The notes under the pieces are model-generated. The model searched no databases. It saw nothing but the letters and a program-made list of their open reading frames with translations, and was not told the DNA's origin. 64,000 bases of DNA from Auanema rhodensis (lineage: Eukaryota > Animalia > Nematoda): positions 5,208,001 through 5,272,000 of the forward strand of contig OZ059899.1 of assembly GCA_964057225.1 (NCBI GenBank), given 5' to 3'. The translations under genes and the position numbers were made by a program. Every line of letters starts with the position of its first letter. Position 1 is the stretch's first letter. Shown in pieces: positions 26,101 to 37,500 of this stretch.

Positions 26101-29100
26101 ATCAGAACTAGAATGGAATATGCGTAAGCAATAGTGGTAGCTAAAACAATCAGTACATCCATGTTAGCATTGCAATGTTTGATAGCTTTCCATGATGCTT
26201 TATAAAAATGTCTTCCACCAATAACCTTAAAATTTTTCAATTATTTTCATTATCAAATAAATTTAAATAACCTGAACTGGTGTACAGAGAAGAAGAAGAA
26301 GTAAGTTATCGAGTGACAATGCTGGAGTGAAAATATGTATTTGATTTTCGGGATGCATGGGTGTATGTAAAATCCAATGGAAGACAACCATTATTAGCAT
26401 CACTGGAACCCCGAAGATCAAACTAATAAAGAAAGTTCGGCGCCATCTTAAAGTAAAAATTTATCAAAGTTTGAAAATCGTCAGCTTACTTTCTGACTTC
26501 ATGAGAATGATCAAGCTGCTTTAACTGATCATCTTTGCTTGCAAGCTCTGCAGGATAGCCCAAGCCCTAAAAACAATAATTTTAATCATAATTTATATTT
26601 ATATTTATTTTACCTCTATCACAGCAATAATATCACGGGGACCAATTAAACTGGGAGAAAACTCTACAGTCGCCATTGAAGTTGCTAAAGAGGCAAGACA
26701 ACTTTCCACTCCTGTTTTGGATTGAACATGAGATTCAATTCTTGCTATATCTGATTCGCAGCCAACATTACCCAGCTGAAAACGACTTACACTTATTAAT
26801 TAGAAGAAATATATCGTTAACCATCAAATGAATTTTATTAAAGTGCGAATAAGCACTATCTAATAACGATGATTTGTATCCTAATGAAGTAATTTCTTCC
26901 ATGATTTGATCGCAAGAAATAACAGAAGGATCAAAATTTACTTCAGCCTTTCCAGCGATTAAAGCAACCACAATTGAACTGACGCCTAAAAAAAGAAAAT
27001 ATTACGAATACGAGTAGATACAAACCATCAAGTTTAGAAATATTTCGTTCGATGTACTGAACACATGAAGCACAAGTCATTCCTTGTACTGCTAAAGTAC
27101 ATTTCTCCAAAGAATCACTAGTCTGAATAGATAAAGTATTCAAATTAAGATTTATTATTATCAACTGATTCTTTAAACTTTTGTCCGTTCAATTGTAATT
27201 TGATTCCACTCGAAGATGGCATGTTTTTAGGTTTTTCATCTAGATCAATTAAAGAGCAACTTGAAGAATGTGATTCAGCAGAACATTCTTAAATTGAATG
27301 ATAATTGTAAAATAGCACAAATTAACAACCTCTGTTATTTAATAACTGTGCATCAAACCCCATATCATCAATAGTTTCCGTGATAACCTCAGCAGATACT
27401 TCCGAGGGGTTGAAAATAACAACACCTGTAACGATATTGTAGTTGTTGAAGATCATAACACAAAATTACCAATTTCTTGCGTTAAATTCACATTAACAGA
27501 AATCACACCATTTTTAGTTTTCATATGATCCTGAATATTATTAACACAGGAATGACAGGTCATACCCTTGATGGATATTGTAGCTTCATTCTTCTTTGGC
27601 ATATCCGACTGAGACTGACCAGAATCTGAAAAAGACATGCTTTGAAACTGACTATTCATTTATATGTTAGTGACATTGACCCGAATTTCTATTATAAACA
27701 TGAGATAATTTGATGAATAGCTAACCCGCTTACGAAAGCTAAGTTAAAACTTAAATTTCCAATAGTTATACATGGATTTGAAAAAGGGTTATAATTCATA
27801 GTTGTAAACATGTAATTCAAGTAGTTATAGTATCGAAACATGAGATTCTGAATTTGAATTTTGGCTCTAGTGCAGTTCCCCCCCCCTAAGCCCCGCCCCT
27901 TTTGCCAAACGGTGCATACTTTTTGTCAACTTGTATAATTTTAAACCGGTGGGGGACATACCTTTCAGAACGGGGGGTTTGGGGGTTTTGGGGGGTTTTT
28001 TTTTTACCCCCATTCCCGGTGTTTAGTTAATTTTTTTTTGATTTTCTTTTGATTTTCTTTTGATTAAATTTAATTATAATATTTTTATTATTCACGGTTA
28101 TTAATATCATTCATAAAATCACTAAATTCACATAACATATTTTCAAAAAGGTCTGAATTTATGTCTCACGACATATCCCCCCAAACACCCGTTGCTCTGG
28201 CTTAACCCTACCAACATTATATTTACGCTTAGATACTAGGGTCTCATCTATCTCTACAGTCCTATTAGGGCCCCTTATTTTAATTGGATTTTTTAAAAGG
28301 GAATGAGCACAGACTTCACGTAAAAAATTATTATAATCTACTACGGTATGGTTGGATCCTATTCCGAGCTCATCTTTGCAAAATTGGACTGTTGTATACT
28401 CCTTTGTCCAACAGTAAATAAAGAGAATGAAGTTCGTATACGATAAATGAGAGCCTATTTAATTTTAATTAGTTACATCTTGAAAGTAAAGCTATACCTT
28501 CTAAAAATGTTCTTTTTTTTTAATTGCTGTTCTTTCCTACAGCTTTTTTTGGGGCATCTCCACCGTTCACGCTCGATTGAGAGCTTCATTTCAGATTGGC
28601 AGAGGCTACAGATCATAGCATCTGGTAAAATCCCCTTTTCTCGGAAAAATCGAATTGCACTTTCTTTAGTTGCAACTTCATCTCTCAGAGCGAACATGAT
28701 TTCAGATAGAGTTCGAGATTTCGATTGTTTTTTATATGAATTTATTATAATTTATTTAATTTTTAAGCAACTGTGTGCATTTCGTCAAAAGGGACGGGGC
28801 TTAGGGCCGGGGGGGGGGGGGGAAACAGCACTTGAGCCGAATTTCATTCGCAAGAAAAACTCACATGCAACTTTGGATTTTAACTTTGTATCAAATCCCA
28901 TATCATCTATCATTTCAGCTATCGTTTCAGCACTTACTTCTGTGGAATCATATATAACTCTGCCTAAATTTGACACGTGGTTTCACAAAGGAAAAAACTT
29001 CAAAAAGCTACTTGCCTTCACAATTTTCTAAAGAAACTTTGATTTCTGATATACCCGATTTTGGAGATATGTTATCTTGAATGTTGTTCACACATGCATG

Positions 29101-29408
29101 GCACGTCATACCCCTAAAAATGTGTTAAAATTAAAAAGTCAGCACCAATATTTTTGTTGAACATCAATAATGACATTTCAACAACGTTCTCTATGGTTAT
29201 AGCAATTTTTGACAAATTTCGAAATATTTCAATTGGTTCACCTGATATCTATTAAAGCTATTTCTAATATAGCGGTTTTTGGAATATTTGAATATACTGG
29301 ATCTGATATTAAGCATGGTGGTGCACTACCCTGCCTACCACTTGGAGGAGCAGGTAATCTGGGAGGTAGTGCACAATCATCAAGTAATTTTGAATTTTCC
29401 GAATCCAT
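23176..29408 (-). CDS. cua-1: Copper-transporting P1B-type ATPase (ATP7A/B orthologue), multi-exon
   Basis: Three GMTCxxC metal-binding domains plus a degenerate fourth; TGES, CPC, DKTGT, SEHP, TGDN, GDGVND motifs; C-terminal [16 protein letters not shown]. Confidence 0.96.
27863..28838 (-). mobile_element. Merlin superfamily (IS1595/IS1016-like) DNA transposon, internally deleted, in a cua-1 intron
   Basis: Imperfect ~55-65 bp TIRs starting GGCTC(T/A)AGTGC; transposase remnants: Zn ribbon [12 protein letters not shown] and [17 protein letters not shown]...VFGGICRET; GAATTT on both flanks. Confidence 0.9.
28090..28697 (-). pseudogene. Merlin transposase remnant (one-base frameshift in an A-run, 43-nt intron, large internal deletion)
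   Basis: [24 protein letters not shown]...RKEQ; after a frame correction TFLEG|[15 protein letters not shown]...[10 protein letters not shown]...VEIDET...GGICRET, then a jump to a C-terminal-like [10 protein letters not shown]...RE*. Confidence 0.85.
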
Positions 29409-31556
29409 ACACTAAATTTTGTAAAATTAGGAAAAGAATCATTGTTAATACAAAGACAACAATACAAAGGTGGATAGTCGCAGGTATTTGACAAATCAAT
29501 AGCTGATACAGCTGATAACGTAAAATGTATTGTCTAATATAGAAACATAAGCTATTTCGCCAACACAAAAAGACGGCAAAATATCCATATGATAGGGCAC
29601 TATACGATGCTTGAAGCAGTTTGTCTACTAAAAATAGGAGAGTTGCTAATACAGATCTGATGCAATGAGCATATAATGCAGGTGTAGATTAGATAACATT
29701 GGGCAAAAATTCTTTGGCATATTTGCCTTTCATTGGGGTAGAGCAAAGACAGACTGACATTTCCTCCTATATCATGATTAGCTGCTTTAACTGTCAATTA
29801 AACTTGTATTTGGGCAAGGTTCAGATACATATAAGATGAAAATAAGGACAAATATCAATGAACAGTAACCTCTGATAATCATAAGCTACTAAAAAGAAAA
29901 TATATTGATGGACATCTGCTACGAAAGCAAATACAAAAGCCTCCCAGAAGCTATGACACTTGAGTGTATGTGAAACAGTATTATAAGAGTTAAAACTTTG
30001 AGAGAGAAACCTAACAAGAGCTACTCAGACATTTTATTTCGAAATCACCAGATTGTCACGTAACAAATGAAGAAATAATGGAAAATTAGAAATTATGAAA
30101 ATGGTTAATTAATCTCATACATCAATTTTTCATTTTAATCTGGAACTAGTAAAGTTCAAAACAATAAGAAAGCTAATTTACCTCAGAAATGTTTAAAATA
30201 AAAAAACCCAGTTAAAAACATGAATCAACATTCAGCATAAAGATTGCTGTTGAAAGCAAATGCTAACAAAGCTAAAAATAGACCATAAAGAACAAAATGA
30301 GGAAGAAGTAAGAAAGACAAGAAGTTTCGTAATAAAAGGTCTATCCACATTCGTGACAAATTCAACATTCGTGGCATGAAGAACGTAAGGATTGTCACGT
30401 TTCTTCATTTCATTTGGGTTAGAATGTCGTTTGCCCAATTTAAGGATATCAATATTGATAAAAATAGAAAATTTTGGCAATGCTTCTTTTCATTATGTTG
30501 TGATCTTATCTGTTTCGTTTTCATAGTAACTAACAACATAGAAATAAGTTTGCCATTAAGAACAAGTCGAATTATGAAACCTGAGTCCTTCCTAGAATAA
30601 AGAGATAATAACTTATAAAAATGAAAATAGAGAAAAACAAATATAAAAACAAAGTTTTTAGCGAAGAATACAAGGTTATAGTTATCCAACAAAATTTGTA
30701 AGCGAGGTTACGGAGAAACATGATTGGCAAACCTTGTTGCAATCAATGAGAACACAGGTGTGTTATTATCTGCAAAACTTGTCTTCATAACGTTCAACGA
30801 CTATCCGGTTCTGTGGGTTGAGAAATGTTAAATTTTCTTAAAAAGCCTTCCTATGAAAAGCCTTAATCTTTCTCTGGAAAAGCTACAACAAACATACTAG
30901 TCAACTTAAAATGATCACAACATGAATTCAAAGAACTAAAAGTAAGCATGACCATTCAAAACACAAGTGATAAAAAGCAGAGGGTTGAGATAGAATCAAA
31001 CTTCTTTGTGTGGAAAGTTAATTTTGTTCCTCAATATGCTTGTTTTCTTACGCAACAGGCAATAACAGTTGTCGCGATAATTTGGAAGAAAGAGAAATAC
31101 TGTAGTTTTCTCTCTGGGAATGGACAGTTGAAGAGAAAAGGAAAACCTTAACTGAAAAGTCAATACACCAGAACTATGAAGAATGCTTAATAGACTTTAG
31201 AGATAAGAGTCAGTTTTGTATTTGAAAGATCAGCTTTTTGAAGGTCCGATTCCACTTTTTCTTAATTATAAAAAAGCCATATAAATTTATTCAAGTAATA
31301 AAGTTCTTCAAATACTTCCGGTCCAATAATTTTTAGCTTGAAACCTAAGAATATGGAACTGATAGCAACAAGGAGGCATAAAAAACAAGTACTCACAATT
31401 TTTAAATTGTACGTAATTTGACGTGGAAATTAATTCACATTTTGCGAATATCTAAATATGCTCTAATAGCCGAATTTGAATTTAACATATAAAATCTCGA
31501 TATTTAAATACTTATTCTACTATTTTTTAATAAAAAACTTGTATCTATAAGCTAGA

Positions 31557-34431
31557 ATGAGTGATTGTGCATTTAAAACACCAGCCCTACCACCAGGTGG
31601 CTTAGCTAACGCTGTAGACTCTTCTACTATTTCTGATTCTAAACTTGAATCTACGGTAATGTCCATTTTAAGAACTAAGTTTTATAAGAATTTAATATGT
31701 TAGGAAGAAAATAAGGAGCATTGCAAAGAATCATCAACACCTGTGCCTCCTTTGAACTATACTCCGCCATCTTGGGCGTGTGAGCCTCCTGTGTCTTCTG
31801 GATATCGTCTCGAGGTTTTATAGTAAAATAATAAATGTAAAACAATAATATTAGGTTTTGAAAAGTGGCAGCATTGTAGATTGTATTAATCTTGATAATA
31901 GAAAAAATTCAACTTTTATCACAATAGGAAGACTTCCGAATTGTGATGTTGTATTAGGTTTATCGCACTGTTTATAAGATTATAAATATTCTAATTTTAG
32001 AACACCCTTCAATTTCAAGATATCATTGTATTCTTCAGTTTGGCGAAGATTTAATGGGAAAGTCTGGAAAAGGATGGCATGTGTTTGATTTAGTACGATT
32101 TGTTTTTGTTCGAATATGTATTGTTCCATATTTTCACAGGGAAGCACACATGGCACCAAAACTAATAAGCGCAGAGTTCCGGAGAAACAGTACATTCGTA
32201 CCTTTGTCGGATTTGTGTTTCAATTTGGTGGTAAATAAATTGTCATATTTAATAGCAATATGTATGAATGTTTTAGGAAGCAGTAGATTATTAAATTTGA
32301 TTGGTCCCGATGAAGATCAAGAGGCTGAATGGGACTGTTCTCCTACAGAAATGAGGGAAAAACAGAAAAGAAAGGTACATATATTTTTTTTCTTATGTAG
32401 TTTTTACCATACAGGCTTTGGAAGCCAAATTAGCTGCAGCTGCTCGTACAGAGTTTGAACAAGACAATGCTAGAGAGGCAAAAGATGAAGGAATTAATTG
32501 GGGAATGGATTACGGAGATGAAGATGCTGTTCCAGTTAGTTTAATTCTTTGAGGCCTTATTTGTATCTGTTTAAAGTTTTTCTTGGAAGGTCATGGCGAG
32601 GAAGACGGTGAAGCTTATTATGTAAATGATCCTAAAAGCGCTTTGTCGAAGTTTTTCGATCGTGAAGGGTTTGAAATGAAGTTCGACTACAGTGAAAGCG
32701 GATCAGGTCATACTCATAAATGGACTTGCTCAATTGAGTGGGTTTCAAGCTAGTATTCCAGTTAATTTTACAATGTTGCATAGGCTTCCCATTGAAATCG
32801 CCGGTGTTGATAGAGCTTGCATCGCTCAAGCTACAACTAACACATCAAAAAAGGATGCTACTGCCCAGTGTGCGCTAGAAGCTTGCAAAATTCTCGATAA
32901 ACATGGAGTCTTGAGGTATATATACTTATGGTTATTCGATTGCCTATTGTGATTAAGAAATTCTAACACTAAAGCACGTATGAAGAAAAAAACCTTAGCT
33001 GATAATGACTACTATGATGAGGATGATGATCTATATTTGGATCGAACGGGACAACTTGAACAGCAAAGAGAAAAAAGAAAACAATGGGCTGAAGTAATCG
33101 AAGCCATCATCATAACAGTAATATTACAATACTTCAGAGAGATGCCGGAAAAGCTGTCCCTGTTAAAGATACTTTTGAAAGTTTGTCAAAAAAACTTGAA
33201 GAAACTCGCGAAGAAATGAAAAATATCCAGAAACAACTTGATGCTTTAAGCCAAACTATATCGAACAAAGGTTTCAATTTCAGCTTAATTCATTCATGAA
33301 CCTCTTTGATTTATAGGTCTGGAAAGTTCAGATAGTTTAGATGACTATTGTCGGCAGCTTTCTACCGCTGGAGGACTGAAAGATGATCTGAAAGTATACT
33401 TATGCGTATATATAAATTTAAATTCTGTATAATTTAGACTAAAACTCAAAAGTCAATGCTCAGACAACAATTAGTGAAGCTCACACACGAATCTCAAACA
33501 CTTGAAAAGTTGGTTCGCATAGCCAGACCAGTTAAAATGCCTGAACTGAAGGTTACAACTGCGAGTGGGACTGTTATCGGTTTGTTAGAATTTTGTTCAT
33601 GTTTGATGATGGTTTCTTTTTCAGGATCAAATAAACAAGCTTTCTTGCGGAAAATGATGATGGTTGGGCGAATTAAAAAAGATTCAGAGAAGAAGTCAGA
33701 AACGTCGCAAGAGATTTCGCCTGCTGATGATAAAAAACTTACGGTATTCAAGCCTGAAGAAGATGAGAAGGTTGAGCTTTGCTCTTGTTTATGAAAATAG
33801 TTATGAATTGAATTGCAGGATGATCCGAAAATTGAACAAACAAATAGTGAGAAAAATAGTCCAATTATAAAAGCAACAGATGAACCGTCAACATCAAGTT
33901 TGGATTAAAACTATTTTGTTATCTTTAGTGTTAATTTTTTAGTGAAGCTCTTACAGAATAATGAGTCTTTAACCGATGATACTCCTGCAATAAGTAGTTT
34001 CTATATTGTCGTTTTTATTCATTAATCTAACTTAACTTTTAGATGGTGTTACGGAAGCTGGTAAAGAAACTTGTGTTCTTTCTAAAATATCTGAAACTAA
34101 AATTGTTTTGGAGCCTAAAGACACAGAGTCGGGCTCTCAAATAGATCATTCTACTGATGCTGCTATTGTTGAATCAGAAAATAAGCGTAAAGCTGATGAA
34201 TCTTTAGATGATGACACATCAAAAAAAAGGAAAATTCGACCAAGGCCTAATAGGCATAAGAACCAAGAATATGGAGCAAGGTAATATACATGGAAATATA
34301 ATAAGCATTTTTCTTTTTCGTTATTTAGTTGTGATACTAAGGATGAGTTATATGCGACATGGTTACCCCCAGCTGATCAAAGTGGTGATGGCAGAACGAA
34401 GTTACATGATAAATTCGGTGGCAAATACTGA
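31557..34431 (+). CDS. Kanadaptin / SLC4A1AP (FHA plus dsRBD-like domains), multi-exon
   Basis: FKTPALP N-terminus; YTPPSWA; FHA motifs GRLPNCDVVLEHPSISRYH and DLGSTHGT; DYYDEDDDLYLDRTG; C-terminal WLPPADQSGDGRTKLHDKFGGKY*. Confidence 0.9.
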
Positions 34432-34579
34432 TTTCTGAAAATCAAAATATTTTGTATAATTTATCAATTATAATATATTTTCTTATCATGTATACTGTTC
34501 CAAATATCTTTTGTTAAGGGTTTTACCTATTAATATCGTTTAATTTAACATTTTGAATTATTAACTGATGCTTCAGGAA

Positions 34580-37500
34580 ATGGCGGATTCCGGTGATATC
34601 ACGGAAACGTTGTTTTCTTTATGTCAAGATATTTTTGTAAAAGACTGTGCTAGTGTTTACGAATCTATATCGAGCTTAGAGGTATTTTATCTATTATCTA
34701 TTTTATATTTTTTTATATTTTTAGGCTCCTAAAGAACTTATATCTTCTGTTTTAATAGATGTTCTCGTTGCCCTCGAAGTTAAAGCTGATATAGACAAAA
34801 ATGCAGATAAGAAAGAGAAATTAATAGAGTTTACTAAATTAGTTTCGAATAAGGTAATTGTCGATTTTTATCAGTTTAATTTTCACATGTATTAAGTTAA
34901 TTCCACGTGAAGTTCTGGCTATGGAGTTAGACTGTCTTGAAGCAGCAATACCAGCAAATAAGCAACAACTTGTTAGATTAAAAACTCGCTTATAGTTAGT
35001 AAAACATTTGAAATTTATAATTTGGTTTGTTTCAGTTTTAAACAATCAAAATTTAATCTTTTACGGGAAGAGAGTGAAGGCTATGCCAAACTCATAACTG
35101 AGCTTTTGGAAACGGGTAACAGTTCAGCAAAAGCCTTACAAACTCGTTTGTTATGTCTTATTGGTTAGTTAACCAAATTGATTTTTTGAAATTGTTTTTT
35201 CTTCAGGACAATTTAATCTCGATCCCAATCGAGTAACAGATATCGTTATGGAATGCTTCGAGCAATGTATCCATCATAAGAATATTTTTGTTACATTATT
35301 GAAAGAAATCAGAGCTAATAGCGACTACTTGTGCACTCTTTTGGGATTTAAATTCACTTTTTACCAGGTTTATAAAATGTGGCCTTGAAAATTTTAATTT
35401 TTTCTTCAAGGCTCCTGGTAAAATGACACCTTATTCTCTCTACTCTGTAGCAGCGGCTCTCGTTCAAGCAGAATTAATTGATCTCACCAAAATAATATCA
35501 TTTGTAAGAGAAGTATTATGACTATGAAATATTTTTCTTTCAGATGAAACCTAATGCTGAAGGAATAAAAGAAACACATAAATCTCGAGCTGCCAATGCA
35601 AGTGCTAGAACTAAAAAAGTTGTTTTCATTTTATAATTCAAAATTTAATGTCTTTTAATTTGTTTTAAGGCAGAAACCATCATGACTACTTCTTTAACTA
35701 CTGATTCTCGAAGTACTGCTCAATTAGATTCGCACAATGGTAATGATCAAAATATTGTTGGTATTGGATTCGCTACCGTAGTCGGCTGTCAGGATAAAGA
35801 GGATGAAAATTTGATTGGAGATCACGCTGAGGTTGTGTTTTTCGTGTTTCTAGAGAGTCTGAGTTTAAGTATTTAAGGACACAGTAATGGGAACTAATCA
35901 AAAACTTGGGCTCATTTGCGCTTTACTAGAACACGGCGAATGGATTATGGCCAAGCAGATTATAGATCGTTTACCTGAATATTATGCTGTTCAAGCCAGG
36001 TGAGATAATACTTGTTCTTTTAATTAACATCAATTTTAGTCGACGTGTTTGTAAAGCTATTGCCAATATGGTTGATTATGCTATAACTGATTTTTATCGA
36101 GAGAAATGTTCCAAGAGACTACCAGGCATTAAGCAAGATGAAGATCGGCAACTTAATTTAACCGGAATATCTAAGGTAGGTTAATTGAACTATACGTGAG
36201 AAAATATAAGATCCAGGTAACATCATGGAGTGAGTTAGCAGCACTTTCGGATCTTTTATGGTACTTGGGACCAAGATTAGCGCATCTCCCTATAGCTACT
36301 GTTAAATTGCTACGATTAATCACTACATTCTATCAAGATAAATCAAATATAGAAGACTCGGAGAAATGTAAGTTTGAAATGGTGCATATTAAAACATCAA
36401 TTTTATAGTATCCTCAATCTTTATTGATATCATTGACGAAGTTCTTCTTCCTGGTCTTTCTTTAAATCCCTCTGCTCCTAATGCTTCGTTATCCGAAGAG
36501 ATGTGGAATCTTCTTCAGCAGTTTCCATATCAATGGAGGTTTCGTCTTTATGGAAGGTATTACTTATTATATTTTCTAATGCTTATAGTACTCATTTAGA
36601 TGGAAAACAGTACATTCTTTTCGACATCCCGAGCTCAATATATCCAGAGGCAAAATCCATGGTCGTACTCGCTATGTTCTCAAGTAGCTTAATTTTTTTT
36701 GTTGTTTCCACATTCTTCTGTTATTTTAGAAGATTATCTAAAGATACTGTGCGAGTAATTGGAAGACAATTGGGGAAATTATGTCACATTCACCCCATAA
36801 CTGTTTTTGATTATTTATTAAGTCAAGTAGGTTCTATAACTCAATTGTCTAATGTAAATATTATTTTAGATTCAATCGTTTGATAATTTGATTCAGCCTG
36901 TAGTTGAGAGTATCAAATTCTTAACTAATCTCGAATTTGATATTCTAGCTTGTGAGTTTTTTCATTTTGGTTTTTCTGTTTATTAATTTTTCTTTAAAGA
37001 TTGTATAATCGAGCAGTTAGCAAACCCCGATAAGCAGCAGCTCAAATCATCTGACGGAAATATAAGTTCATGGCTCCAAGCTTTGGCTACATTAGTCGGC
37101 GCTGTTTGTAAAAAGTACACAGTTGATCTCGCGGGAATCCTAAATTACGTGGCCAATCAATTGAAAAATGAAAAAAGGTGTTAGAGTGAAATATTTTTTT
37201 CCTAGTTACTCTTTTATTTTAAGTTTTGATTTGGTGATTTTACGAGAAATTATTCAAAACATGTCGTCCGTTGAGAGTATCGTATGTGCAACTCAAGATC
37301 ATATCGATGCCTTACAAGGTGGCGAACAATTGAGACTTGAGGTAAGGAATATTTTCATTACTTACATCTAATTTGTTCCCAGGCCGGAGGATTTTCGAGT
37401 GTTCGAAATAAAAGAGCTTCTGGTCGATTAAAGGATGCACTTCTGGAAGGAGATCTCGCTGTTGGTCTTTGCATATTGGTTTGGTAATTTATATTTATTT

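Noticed and set aside
27886-27892. CTAAGCC in the TIRs resembling the nematode telomere repeat
   Set aside because: Single unit only; not an array.
28447-29031. 194-aa plus-strand ORF
   Set aside because: Antisense to cua-1 exons, the TIR and the transposase; no independent coding signal.
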